Positions 7,974 to 16,575 of a stretch of 32,575 nt of DNA are shown here, in pieces (within the stretch, counting starts at the first letter, position 1; each line of letters opens with the position of its first letter). The position numbers were made by a program, and so were the translations under genes. Below the pieces are notes generated by a model. It saw nothing but the letters and a program-made list of their open reading frames with translations, was not told where the DNA came from and searched no databases. Origin of the DNA: a virus (Duplodnaviria > Caudoviricetes); IMG/VR virus record IMGVR_UViG_3300026125_000013, positions 1 through 32,575 of that record. One strand, given 5' to 3'.

Positions 7974-9299
7974 TCATATTTTTTCCCTGTACTTTTTAAC
8001 AGCAGCTAAGAGAATGTCTTGGGCAGACTTCTTACCGGCCACAGCTTTGACGATCTCATCATCGATCGTACTGTCAGCGCAGATTGTGTGAACGTAGACA
8101 TGATCTTTTTGACCCTGGCGATGAAGTCGTGCGTCAAACTGCAGCTTCATCTCATTGGACCAGGTAGGTGAGTACCAGATGATCCTGCGACCACCATCCT
8201 GCAGGTTCAATCCATGCGCAGCAGACGCTGGATGTGCGAGTAGCATTTTGATCTCGCCTCGATTCCAGCGTCCGATAACGTCTGGATCTTTGATGCTAAC
8301 AGCGTGAGGATAGATCGCTTTAATGCGTTCATATTCATGACGGTAGCTATACGCCACCAGCAAATTTTCACCTTCAGCCTGATCCACCAGACTCTGCAGT
8401 GCATCCAATTTAGCGTTATGGTAGATCTCATATTCCTTATCATCTCGGTACACAGCTCCACTGGCTAATTGTTGTAATTTACCCACCAGGACCGCAGCGT
8501 TTACGGCCGTGATGTCACTGTCCTGCAGCTCCAGCAGGAAGTCTTTACTGAGCTGCTCGTATTCATTCCTCACCTTGGGTGGCAGGTACACTCGCTCAGT
8601 CAGGTCCACTCGATCAGGCAGACCATCGTATCGCTCAACCACCACTGCCAGCTCTGCGATCTTATCGCGTATCTTCTTACCGGCACCTGGCTTCAGCTCC
8701 CACTTGAACCCCATGTAGTCCGAGTTAAAGTACCGGTTTCTGAAGTTATAGAACGCAGTACCTAGTCGCTTACCACCATCGAGTAAGAACATCTGGCTCC
8801 AGGCTTCCATCAGACTGTTGGGGGTGGGTGTCGCTGTCATCAGCACCCAGCGCGAGATTGGTTTCTTTGTGCGCAGCTTCTTCAGTGCCTTGAACCGTTT
8901 TGAGCTGGCGCTCTTGAAGGCGCTCGACTCATCGATCACCACCATGTCGAAATTGAGCTTGGACCACATCTTATCGATCAGCCAGGTCACGTTCTCCTGG
9001 TTGATGATGACGATTCGGGCGCTACCTTCAACGGCTGCTGTGCGCTGCTTAGGGGTACCCACAGCCACAGCGTAGGTGTACTTAGCGAAGTTATCCCACT
9101 TCTTAATCTCATCGGGCCAGGTGTGCTTCGCTACGCGCAGCGGTGCAATGATCAACACGCGATTAGGTTTGACCTGCTTCAAGCTCTGCAGCAGCGCAGA
9201 GGTCTTCCCTGCGCCCATCTGGGCCAGTACGAACGCTGATGTGTTACCAGCTACATGATCGATGATATCCTGCTGGTATGGTCTTGGTGTGAATTTCAT
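7974..9299 (-). CDS. SNF2-family (SF2) helicase
   Basis: PRPYQ, QMGAGKT (Walker A), VVIDESS, MTATP, HGLNLQ, ARLHRQGQ motifs. Confidence 0.93.
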   Translation of the reverse strand: MKFTPRPYQQDIIDHVAGNTSAFVLAQMGAGKTSALLQSLKQVKPNRVLIIAPLRVAKHTWPDEIKKWDNFAKYTYAVAVGTPKQRTAAVEGSARIVIINQENVTWLIDKMWSKLNFDMVVIDESSAFKSASSKRFKALKKLRTKKPISRWVLMTATPTPNSLMEAWSQMFLLDGGKRLGTAFYNFRNRYFNSDYMGFKWELKPGAGKKIRDKIAELAVVVERYDGLPDRVDLTERVYLPPKVRNEYEQLSKDFLLELQDSDITAVNAAVLVGKLQQLASGAVYRDDKEYEIYHNAKLDALQSLVDQAEGENLLVAYSYRHEYERIKAIYPHAVSIKDPDVIGRWNRGEIKMLLAHPASAAHGLNLQDGGRRIIWYSPTWSNEMKLQFDARLHRQGQKDHVYVHTICADSTIDDEIVKAVAGKKSAQDILLAAVKKYREKI

Positions 9300-11074
9300 A
9301 GGCCCAGTCTCTTCAGTTTGTCGTATGCGATGTCGATATATTTCTGGATGTCTAAGTCAGCCGGTATGGTGTCCGTAAGGTCCATCAGCGGTACAGCACC
9401 ATCACTGCCAGCGACCTTGTTGCCATTGGCGTAGCGGATCGGATGGCCTTCTGTGCTGTAGTACCAGCGCACCACCTTACCGATGTTCTGCTTGTTCCAG
9501 TAACCACCCCCTCTGACACCTCGCATGACCAGGAAGTCTCGGATGTCAGTCGCGTTCTGGATGTAACGATCAATGGGGGTGCCATGTGTAAGTCGCGCAA
9601 CGATCGCATCGTTACACACCTGGGCCGAGTATCCTTTGCGGATCGATCCAGACTCGTACAACCCTTTAGTCTTCGCGCTACCATCAGGTTTCAGTGCCAC
9701 ATAGCTGTTCACTGACTCGCTATACATCGCTTTATAGGGTGTCCACTCTAGGATGTAGGTGGTCGCTTTCGACCACTCATGGCACCGATACTCAACCTCA
9801 ACCTCAAGATCCGCGTACATCAGGATCACAACGCCATCGGTGTTCGCTGAGACAACCTGTGCGCCCACCAGACTGAGACGCTCGATCAGCATGAGCAGTG
9901 CCAACTGACCGGTGATGGTCGTCTGTATGAGCAGCTCAGGCGAATACAAGAAGCTATACTTGCTGCCAAACTTTCCGTATGACGAGTTCAGTACAATCTT
10001 CAGGGTATCTGCTGTTGTCTTGTCACCTGTACGCTTCGCTGCCATGCGCTTATCGAAGATCATGCGGTACACTTCCAGGAAACCATCACCGAGGTGCTCA
10101 GGGTACAGACCCTGGCCCAAAATGATCGATGGGTACATCGAGGCCACATCGTATTCGCCTAGCAGTAGATCTTCGTTTGGCTCGATGACCTGGCGCTTCT
10201 CTTGCGAGTGCAGGCCACCGATGCCGAGCTTGTACTTAGCGCCATTAAACTCGATGACCAGGTTCTTGATCGCATCAGGTAGCTCGACGTTACCGGTGTC
10301 TTTGACAGTGAACGTACATTCTCTGACGGTCTCTAAGACATCCTGAAGCTGCTTAGTCTCAAACTCGATGAAGTCTGGCACCTTGTACTTGAATGGCTCC
10401 ACAGCGGCAGTACGCTTCGATACATCGTACCCATGTTCTTCCATGTAGTGACGGATGATCGCTTCAGCGATCTGTGGATCTGACTTGCTGCGCAGGTCCA
10501 TACCGTATTCTTTGCTCATGTCAGAGCGCAGGACCAGCTCGCCATGCAAGGTGTGGTAGATATCCCAGGTGACCATCACATCGTTCTTACAATAGTCTTC
10601 GAGTACCACAGCATCCTGTTCGCTGATGCTGGCGCTCGGATCAATAGGTAGATCCTGCAGCTTTTTGGAATGGATGCGACAGCCATAGGTCTTGAGTGAT
10701 GACTTCAAAGGTGTCACCCCTATCAGATCGATATGACCCATATCGACTCGCTTAATGCGCAGCGATGGGAAGTGATCCGATAGCTGCCAGCGAGGTAGAT
10801 TCTTAAGGATGATCGCATCTGATAATTCTTTGAGCTTCGCATTGGACCAACCTGCCAGGAATGCAGATAACACCGGCAGATCATAGTTATCGCCATTGAA
10901 GCTGATTAGTGGGTTCTTACGCAGGATAGCTTCGACCACTTGCTTACTGCCGGTCAGCTTATCGTTATGCAGCTTGATGCTGTAGGTGGTACCGTCTTCG
11001 GACGCGAAGACAGCGAGGAAATAGTTTTTGTAGCACTCGATGTCGAATGCGACTGGGATCAGTTTCTGGGACAC
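9296..11074 (-). CDS. DNA polymerase family B with N-terminal 3'-5' exonuclease
   Basis: Exo motifs FDIECY, SFNGDNYD, YCKNDV; pol motifs YDVASMYPSII, KIVLNSSYGK, SANTDG; GTG start with GGAG RBS. Confidence 0.92.
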   Translation of the reverse strand: MSQKLIPVAFDIECYKNYFLAVFASEDGTTYSIKLHNDKLTGSKQVVEAILRKNPLISFNGDNYDLPVLSAFLAGWSNAKLKELSDAIILKNLPRWQLSDHFPSLRIKRVDMGHIDLIGVTPLKSSLKTYGCRIHSKKLQDLPIDPSASISEQDAVVLEDYCKNDVMVTWDIYHTLHGELVLRSDMSKEYGMDLRSKSDPQIAEAIIRHYMEEHGYDVSKRTAAVEPFKYKVPDFIEFETKQLQDVLETVRECTFTVKDTGNVELPDAIKNLVIEFNGAKYKLGIGGLHSQEKRQVIEPNEDLLLGEYDVASMYPSIILGQGLYPEHLGDGFLEVYRMIFDKRMAAKRTGDKTTADTLKIVLNSSYGKFGSKYSFLYSPELLIQTTITGQLALLMLIERLSLVGAQVVSANTDGVVILMYADLEVEVEYRCHEWSKATTYILEWTPYKAMYSESVNSYVALKPDGSAKTKGLYESGSIRKGYSAQVCNDAIVARLTHGTPIDRYIQNATDIRDFLVMRGVRGGGYWNKQNIGKVVRWYYSTEGHPIRYANGNKVAGSDGAVPLMDLTDTIPADLDIQKYIDIAYDKLKRLGL

Positions 11075-11090
11075 GTTCCCTACTCCTGTT

Positions 11091-11115
11091 AAAAAAGGGT
11101 GCGACTAGCGCACCC
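11091..11115 (-). terminator. Intrinsic terminator between SSB and DNA polymerase
   Basis: Minus strand GGGTGCG-ctagt-CGCACCC followed by TTTTTT. Confidence 0.8.
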
Positions 11116-11126
11116 CTGTTAGCTAT

Positions 11127-11699
11127 TTATGCAAATGGAGAGTCATCGTCATCGAAGTCATCGGTGACAGACGCAGATGAAGCCTCATCCAGTACGTCGA
11201 AGTCGCTCAGGGAGTCACCTGAACTAGCCACAAACGATTCACCATCGCGCACAAATTGTATCGCGTTCAAAGAACAACCGACACGTTTACCGTACTGACC
11301 ATCGTATGAGTACACTTCGAGCGATGCGTTCACATAGCAGCCAGGGTAGATCAGATCGTCTTCCTCAGTCACCGGACGCTTCTGGCGATCGATCACAGTC
11401 GGACGGTATTTAGTGTTAGCTTTGATTGCCCACATTCCTGCGTAGCCATCATACTCCTGCTGATCACCATCCTTCAGGCAGTATTCAACCTTCTTAGGGA
11501 TCGGTTTGCCGAACGCTTGTTCAGCCACTTCTGTGATCATCTTCGGTAGTGCTTTACCGGCATCGGTGGTTTTATCCACCAGGAATGACGCAACGTATTT
11601 GCCTGTGTCGTTACCTTTGTACGTTTCAGTCTGCCACAGTGAAGGGAAGCTCAGTCTCACGTTCTGTAGTACCAGTTTCTTGCGAATATTATCAGCCAT
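11127..11699 (-). CDS. Single-stranded DNA-binding protein (DUF2815 / Enc34-like)
   Basis: NVRLSFPSLW, LKDGD, IYPGCYVNASL, LNAIQFVRDGE; acidic tail ending DDDDSPFA. Confidence 0.9.
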   Translation of the reverse strand: MADNIRKKLVLQNVRLSFPSLWQTETYKGNDTGKYVASFLVDKTTDAGKALPKMITEVAEQAFGKPIPKKVEYCLKDGDQQEYDGYAGMWAIKANTKYRPTVIDRQKRPVTEEDDLIYPGCYVNASLEVYSYDGQYGKRVGCSLNAIQFVRDGESFVASSGDSLSDFDVLDEASSASVTDDFDDDDSPFA

Positions 11700-11710
11700 T
11701 TTTCGTTTCC

Positions 11711-12829
11711 TCAGTTTAACGTATCGAAATCATCAGTAGCGACAGGCAGTGCTGGGCGCTTATCTGATTCATGTACCAGGACAGGTTTGCCTGGTGGTTT
11801 CTCGGTGATCTTCAGCTCTTCGAGCTGCTTCTTACCCAGAATCTTTTCTGCTGCAGTGATGCCGATCAGCTTCTTATCGAACGCTGCATCGCCCATCAAC
11901 TTCACCAGCTTGGTCTCAGCGTCACCATTCCATTTGCGAATGGATCGACCTTCAACCATCTTAAATCCTTCAAATCCCTGACCATGCTCCAAGCGCGAGA
12001 AGATGTGCGACTCGATCGCTTTCAGCCAGGACTCGATTAAACTCTTGTGCTCCAACACCAGACGGATCTGGTCGTCGCTCATGTTCTCCACCGATGGCAG
12101 CATCTCGAAGTCGCCACCCACCAGCTCAAGGTTCTTCTGGTAGAGCGCAGGACAGGTCGCTTTACCCTTACACCACTGACAGGCTTTCTCTGATGGGTTC
12201 AGCGGTGCGTCATCTTCCAAGCACAGCTCCGCAGCGCGAGCGACTTTACCGCCATACACCAGCAGGTCATCAACCGAGATGGACCAGGTGCGAGAGCCAC
12301 CAGCGCGAGGCTGGAATATGTGCAGCACCACTTCTTTGATCTCGATCTTCTTGGCCAGCAGCTTATTCACAGCACCCAGGCCATAGATCATCAACTGTGG
12401 ATTGTTCTCAGCTTCGACCACACCCATACCGTACTTCAGATCGATAACGTGAAGGTCAGTACCTTTGATCACCAGCGCATCGGCTGTACCGAACGCGCCA
12501 GGAATGTAGTCGTTCAGATCGAGGGATTGCTCGACATAGATGCGCTCGCCATCGGCAATACCGCGAACGTAAATCGCATAGTTATTGATGTGGTCGCGCA
12601 TATCGTCAGGGAAGCCATCAACGTCATAGGCATCGACGTTCTCACTCAGGCAGATCTCGCCCAGGGTGTGAGCGTGTGTGCCTTCAGCGGCATAGCTCGA
12701 ACCGTAGTCAGGCATCTCTAAGGTGTATTCAACTGAACCAGGACATGACATCCAGCGAGTCGCTGCAGATGGTCCCATTGGGTGGTGGCCAGTGTCCCTG
12801 GCGATTTTGATGAGGTCTTCGACGTTCAT
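11711..12829 (-). CDS. Cas4-like PD-(D/E)xK exonuclease (DUF2800)
   Basis: PSAATRWMSCPGS, EGTHAH, FGTADA, IDLKYG, NPQLMIY, CQWC...CP. Confidence 0.9.
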   Translation of the reverse strand: MNVEDLIKIARDTGHHPMGPSAATRWMSCPGSVEYTLEMPDYGSSYAAEGTHAHTLGEICLSENVDAYDVDGFPDDMRDHINNYAIYVRGIADGERIYVEQSLDLNDYIPGAFGTADALVIKGTDLHVIDLKYGMGVVEAENNPQLMIYGLGAVNKLLAKKIEIKEVVLHIFQPRAGGSRTWSISVDDLLVYGGKVARAAELCLEDDAPLNPSEKACQWCKGKATCPALYQKNLELVGGDFEMLPSVENMSDDQIRLVLEHKSLIESWLKAIESHIFSRLEHGQGFEGFKMVEGRSIRKWNGDAETKLVKLMGDAAFDKKLIGITAAEKILGKKQLEELKITEKPPGKPVLVHESDKRPALPVATDDFDTLN

Positions 12830-12856
12830 ACCGTTTCTCCGTTGCGCGTTTATCTG

Positions 12857-12891
12857 TTGACAATACTATAAATCGCAAACTACCCTGTCAA
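12857..12891. promoter_or_regulatory. Overlapping divergent sigma70-type promoters
   Basis: Minus: TTGACA (12891-12886), 17 bp, TAGTAT (12868-12863); plus: TTGACA (12857-12862), 18 bp, TACCCT (12881-12886). Confidence 0.75.
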
Positions 12892-12928
12892 CCGTTCTTG
12901 AAAAAATATTTTACGGAGGTGTATCACC

Positions 12929-13126
12929 ATGACGACTCAAGAGGCTATCGAATACTACGGTGGTCCTAAATATTTGGCCAACGCTTTGGACATATATCCA
13001 CAGGCGATCTATGCATGGGGAGAACGACCACCGAAGGCTAAACAATTCGAGCTGTATGTGATTAGCGGCAGGAAGCTGAAGATCGATGAGAGATACTACC
13101 AGGAGACAACGGATGCCCAAGAATAA
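12929..13126 (+). CDS. Cro-like DNA-binding protein
   Basis: MTTQEAIEYYGGPKYLANALDIYPQAIYAWGERPP...Q...ISGRKL, N15/P22-Cro-like pattern; GGAGGT RBS. Confidence 0.85.
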   Translation: MTTQEAIEYYGGPKYLANALDIYPQAIYAWGERPPKAKQFELYVISGRKLKIDERYYQETTDAQE

Positions 13127-15155
13127 TATAAAGCACCCACATGGATTTGGACTCGCACCTAAATTTGAGAACATCCCAGAGTTACTGCGCGATGGTCCCT
13201 GGTGCGTCTGGAAGGCTAGACCGAAGGGTAACGGCAAGTACGACAAGATACCCTTCAACGGCATCAACACGATCAAGACCACTGAGCCAGACACCTGGCT
13301 GACGTTCGATCAGGCCCAGCAGCTCTACCTCGGTGGCGGCTTCAACGGTGTCGGCCGACTGGCGACCAAGGATGGTCTGGCGTTCATCGACATCGATGAC
13401 TCAAACAAACTACCGGATGAGCTGAAGGCGCTGGGTGAGACCTACGTCGAGCGTTCACCCTCTGGTAACGGTATGCGACTGGTCTACCAGGTCGATACAC
13501 CACCGGCCAAAGATCTCAAAGAACCCTATGAGGTGTATTCCGGTAACAGTGCTCGCTTCCTGACCATCACCGGCAACACGATGGGAAAGCTGCACCAGAT
13601 CGCTCGCAAGAACGGACAACTGGCTGAGATCGTAGAGCAGTACAGTCAGCCCATCCAGCCATCGCCAGAGCAAGAGATCGATGATGTCTTCAGTGGTCAC
13701 ATCGTCTCTAACACCCCGATCGAAGAGATACGCGAGCTGCTGTCGTACATACCTGCAGACAACGAACAGATGTGGATCGATGTCAGCATGGCGCTCAACA
13801 CTCACTTCCACGGTTCTACTGATGGTTTCGAGCTGTGGGACCAATGGTCGCAACGCTCGGAGAAGTACGATGGACTGCGCGATATGCGCCATGAGTGGGA
13901 TCGGTTCACCAACACCGAACGCACCACCAAGTACAACCTGGGATCGATCGCGAAGTGGGCCAAGCGATACGGTGCTGACCTGTCAGCCATCGCCAAGAAG
14001 CATAAGCGTACTAAAGACATTCCCACCGAGTACGACTCTGATGAGTACCAAGATGAAGTCGCTGCGACATCGATACCCAATGCGCTGTTTGTCCCACTGA
14101 CAGATGCGTATCAAAACGCCAGTCATACAGTGCGCTGGACCATTGAAGGGTATGTGGAACAGGCAGCGGTGGTGAACTATTACGGTGAGTCTGGCGTGGG
14201 TAAATCCTTCGGTGCGATCGATATAGCTTTATCGGTAGCGACTGGCGACAAGTGGCTCGGTATGCGAACCAAGAAAGGCCAGGTGCTATACATCGCAGGT
14301 GAAGGCCATAATGGTGTGAACCGTCGAGCCTATGCGTGGCGCTCAGAGCGTAACTTCCCCGATGCGTCTAACTTCATTATGACCAATCGAGCGATCAACT
14401 TATCAATGGATAAGGAGCGCAAGACACTGGAAGCGTACCTGGACAAACTCGATGACCCACAGCTAGTGGTCGTGGACACCTGGGGCCGCGCAACGGCCGG
14501 TATTAATGAGAACAGCTCAGAAGAAGTGCAGCCCATCATCGAATACCTGACGCATATATCGCGCAAGTACGATTGCACCATCATGGTCGTACATCACACC
14601 CCAAAACATACCACCGACAGCTCTGCTGGCTCCAAAAACATCAAGGCATCTATGGATGTTGAGATCGCAATGGTGCGCAGAGATGGCATCAATGGCGTGG
14701 TGATGGAGTGTCGCAAGATGAAGGAAGGCCCACAGTTTGAGCCAGTGGTGTTTGAATTCGTACAGATCCAACTGCCATCAAACTACGATGATGAGTACGG
14801 CAATGTGACCTATTCAGCCATCCTACGAGCGTCAGCTAATTCCCAGGATCAGCTCGATAGCGCCAAGATGAAGCTATCTCGCAACGGCAAATTGCTGATG
14901 GATACCATCCGTTATTTTATGGATAACGACCCCACAGCGCATCGAGCTGTTCCCCCTGAAGCGACCATCGAGTTCCCATTCGCAACGTGTGGAGTGGCTA
15001 TCGATGTGGATCGAGTCAGGGATAAATTTGAACGCGATCACCCTCGAAGGGACAACCAAAGTACAGTCAGAGGAGCTTGGACTGCAGGCTGTTCTAACAT
15101 ACGAGAACGTCATCATGCGCAGATATGTGATGGCGTTTTTGTGGTTAGAGTGTGA
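13113..15155 (+). CDS. Primase-polymerase / PriCT-2 / RepA-type (AAA_25) helicase fusion
   Basis: N-term WCVWK..KIP, FIDIDD, TYVERSPSGNG, EVYS..RFLTITG (NrS-1-like prim-pol); WIDVSMAL..LWDQWS (PriCT-2); YGESGVGKS, VLYIAGEG, VVVDT, VVHH (helicase); start at ATG 13113 after AGGAG. Confidence 0.88.
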   Translation: MPKNNIKHPHGFGLAPKFENIPELLRDGPWCVWKARPKGNGKYDKIPFNGINTIKTTEPDTWLTFDQAQQLYLGGGFNGVGRLATKDGLAFIDIDDSNKLPDELKALGETYVERSPSGNGMRLVYQVDTPPAKDLKEPYEVYSGNSARFLTITGNTMGKLHQIARKNGQLAEIVEQYSQPIQPSPEQEIDDVFSGHIVSNTPIEEIRELLSYIPADNEQMWIDVSMALNTHFHGSTDGFELWDQWSQRSEKYDGLRDMRHEWDRFTNTERTTKYNLGSIAKWAKRYGADLSAIAKKHKRTKDIPTEYDSDEYQDEVAATSIPNALFVPLTDAYQNASHTVRWTIEGYVEQAAVVNYYGESGVGKSFGAIDIALSVATGDKWLGMRTKKGQVLYIAGEGHNGVNRRAYAWRSERNFPDASNFIMTNRAINLSMDKERKTLEAYLDKLDDPQLVVVDTWGRATAGINENSSEEVQPIIEYLTHISRKYDCTIMVVHHTPKHTTDSSAGSKNIKASMDVEIAMVRRDGINGVVMECRKMKEGPQFEPVVFEFVQIQLPSNYDDEYGNVTYSAILRASANSQDQLDSAKMKLSRNGKLLMDTIRYFMDNDPTAHRAVPPEATIEFPFATCGVAIDVDRVRDKFERDHPRRDNQSTVRGAWTAGCSNIRERHHAQICDGVFVVRV

Positions 15156-15164
15156 TGAAAATTG

Positions 15165-15480
15165 AGCGTCCGTTTGTCCGTTTTTTGAAAAACGGACGCA
15201 AACGGACAAACGGACGCTGGTTAAAAAATGATCAAAAAGCGTCCGTTTTTCGCTTTTTTTGGGGGTGTCCGTTTTTTCTTGAGCTAAAAAACGGACGGAA
15301 ACGGACGCTAGAGGTAAGTCTTTGTTTTATAAAGAAATTAGTGTCCGTTTTACGTTTGTTTGCGTCCGTTTGGCGTAATGTGAAGTGCGTCCGTCCTGTC
15401 CGTTTTATATAGGGACTATATAAAACGGACACACGCACAAACGCGGACAAAAAATTTAAGGACAAAAAACGGACGGACGC
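15165..15480. repeat. Iterated GTCCG(TTT)/(AAA)CGGAC array; candidate replication origin
   Basis: About 17 copies of the core in both orientations, 19-bp and 16-bp perfect inverted repeats, AT-rich spacer; directly after the primase-helicase. Confidence 0.8.
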
Positions 15481-15493
15481 TAGGTGGTAGAGG

Positions 15494-15772
15494 ATGCGAG
15501 AACGAGACATTGAACGACACCTTGTACGTGTTGTGGAGGCTGCCGGTGGACGCTGCTGGAAGTGGACCGGACAAAGAGGTGTGCCTGACCGTATTGTGAT
15601 GCTGCCTGGTGGTCTTACGCTGTTTGTTGAGGTGAAGACGAAGGGTGGGAAGATTAGTCCGTTACAGCGGCACACGATCGGTGTGATGCGATCGCTCGAT
15701 CAGATGGTGTTTGTCGTGTGGTCGAAAGAGGATGTGAATCAGATGATGAGAGATGTGTGGGAGTTACTATGA
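15494..15772 (+). CDS. VRR-NUC domain nuclease (probable junction resolvase)
   Basis: MRERDIE...GVPDRIV...FVEVKTKGGK.SPLQ. Confidence 0.9.
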   Translation: MRERDIERHLVRVVEAAGGRCWKWTGQRGVPDRIVMLPGGLTLFVEVKTKGGKISPLQRHTIGVMRSLDQMVFVVWSKEDVNQMMRDVWELL

Positions 15773-16056
15773 GTGAGGCGAACAAAAAGCAAGTCGGTGG
15801 AAGTCACTACAAGGACCAATCGATACAACCGTGGGATGTGGTCGATACCTGGCCGTTAGAGCAGCGCATTGGGTATTACCGTGGTAATGCGCTCAAATAC
15901 CTTCTCAGGATGGGTTCTAAGGATGAAACGGTGCAAGAGGTAGGTAAGGCTATACATTATCTGGAAAAGCTCTCAGAAGTGCTTACAGAGCGTTCTACGA
16001 ATACTCGGCAGAATGCGCTTGATCCGAACTACAACAGCTTGAGGGTATCGAAGTGA
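15769..16056 (+). CDS. DUF3310 / SaV-like protein (T7 gp1.7-related)
   Basis: QVGGSHYK..IQPWD...GNALKYLLR.G.K...KAIHYLE; ATGA overlap gives start 15769. Confidence 0.85.
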   Translation: MSEANKKQVGGSHYKDQSIQPWDVVDTWPLEQRIGYYRGNALKYLLRMGSKDETVQEVGKAIHYLEKLSEVLTERSTNTRQNALDPNYNSLRVSK

Positions 16057-16229
16057 GTGGGAAAGGAAGTGCGCCAAGACCGTTGAGTGTTGATAGGAAG
16101 ACATTCGACGAAAACTTCACTAGAATATTTGGTAACCCTGTAACAGAACCAGGAGCAAAAAGCAATGACAGCAAAGCCGAAGAACAAGGGTGGTCGCCCG
16201 ACGAAGTTCAACGACCAACTGGCAGGTAA
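16053..16229 (+). CDS. Small phage protein with GKGSxPRP...FxxNFxRIF motif
   Basis: GTGA overlap, GAGGG RBS; MSGKGSAPRPLSVDRKTFDENFTRIFGN... 58 aa; below ORF-track cutoff. Confidence 0.65.
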   Translation: MSGKGSAPRPLSVDRKTFDENFTRIFGNPVTEPGAKSNDSKAEEQGWSPDEVQRPTGR

Positions 16230-16575
16230 GATCTTAGGGCGAATCGCTGTAGGTGAGTCGGTCAGAAGTATTTGCGCTGATCCAGCGATGCCTTCAGCCG
16301 ATACGATCTATCGATGGATAGGCGAGAAGCCTGAGTTTTCGGAGCGCTACGCGCGAGCGAAGGAAGATTCAGCCGACTCGCTGATCGAAGCTATGTTCGG
16401 TGCAGCGTATGACGAAGAGACCGATGTGCAGCGACTGAAGCTGCGTGTTGATACGACGAAGTGGTACCTGTCGAAGATCAAACCGAAGAAGTATGGCGAT
16501 CGCACTATCCATGCCGGTGATGAGAGCGCACCCATCGCAGTAACTGAGGTGAAGCGTGTCATTATCGACTCTTGA
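16165..16575 (+). CDS. terS: Terminase small subunit (Sf6 gp1-like)
   Basis: GGRPTKF, GESVRSIC, MPSADTIYRW, RYARAKE, KLRVDTTKW..SKIKPKKYGD; precedes TerL. Confidence 0.9.
   Translation: MTAKPKNKGGRPTKFNDQLAGKILGRIAVGESVRSICADPAMPSADTIYRWIGEKPEFSERYARAKEDSADSLIEAMFGAAYDEETDVQRLKLRVDTTKWYLSKIKPKKYGDRTIHAGDESAPIAVTEVKRVIIDS

Noticed and set aside
15165-15480. Repeat array as a mini-CRISPR, given the Cas4-like gene
   Set aside because: Repeats are 5-11 bp, in both orientations and irregularly spaced; DUF2800 nucleases are ordinary phage replication genes
15152-15675. Track ORFs 15152-15412 (+) and 15232-15675 (-) across the repeat array
   Set aside because: Their sequences (KNGRKRT, VRF repeats) simply translate the DNA iterons; more likely non-coding origin DNA, although the + ORF has a stop/start overlap and cannot be fully excluded
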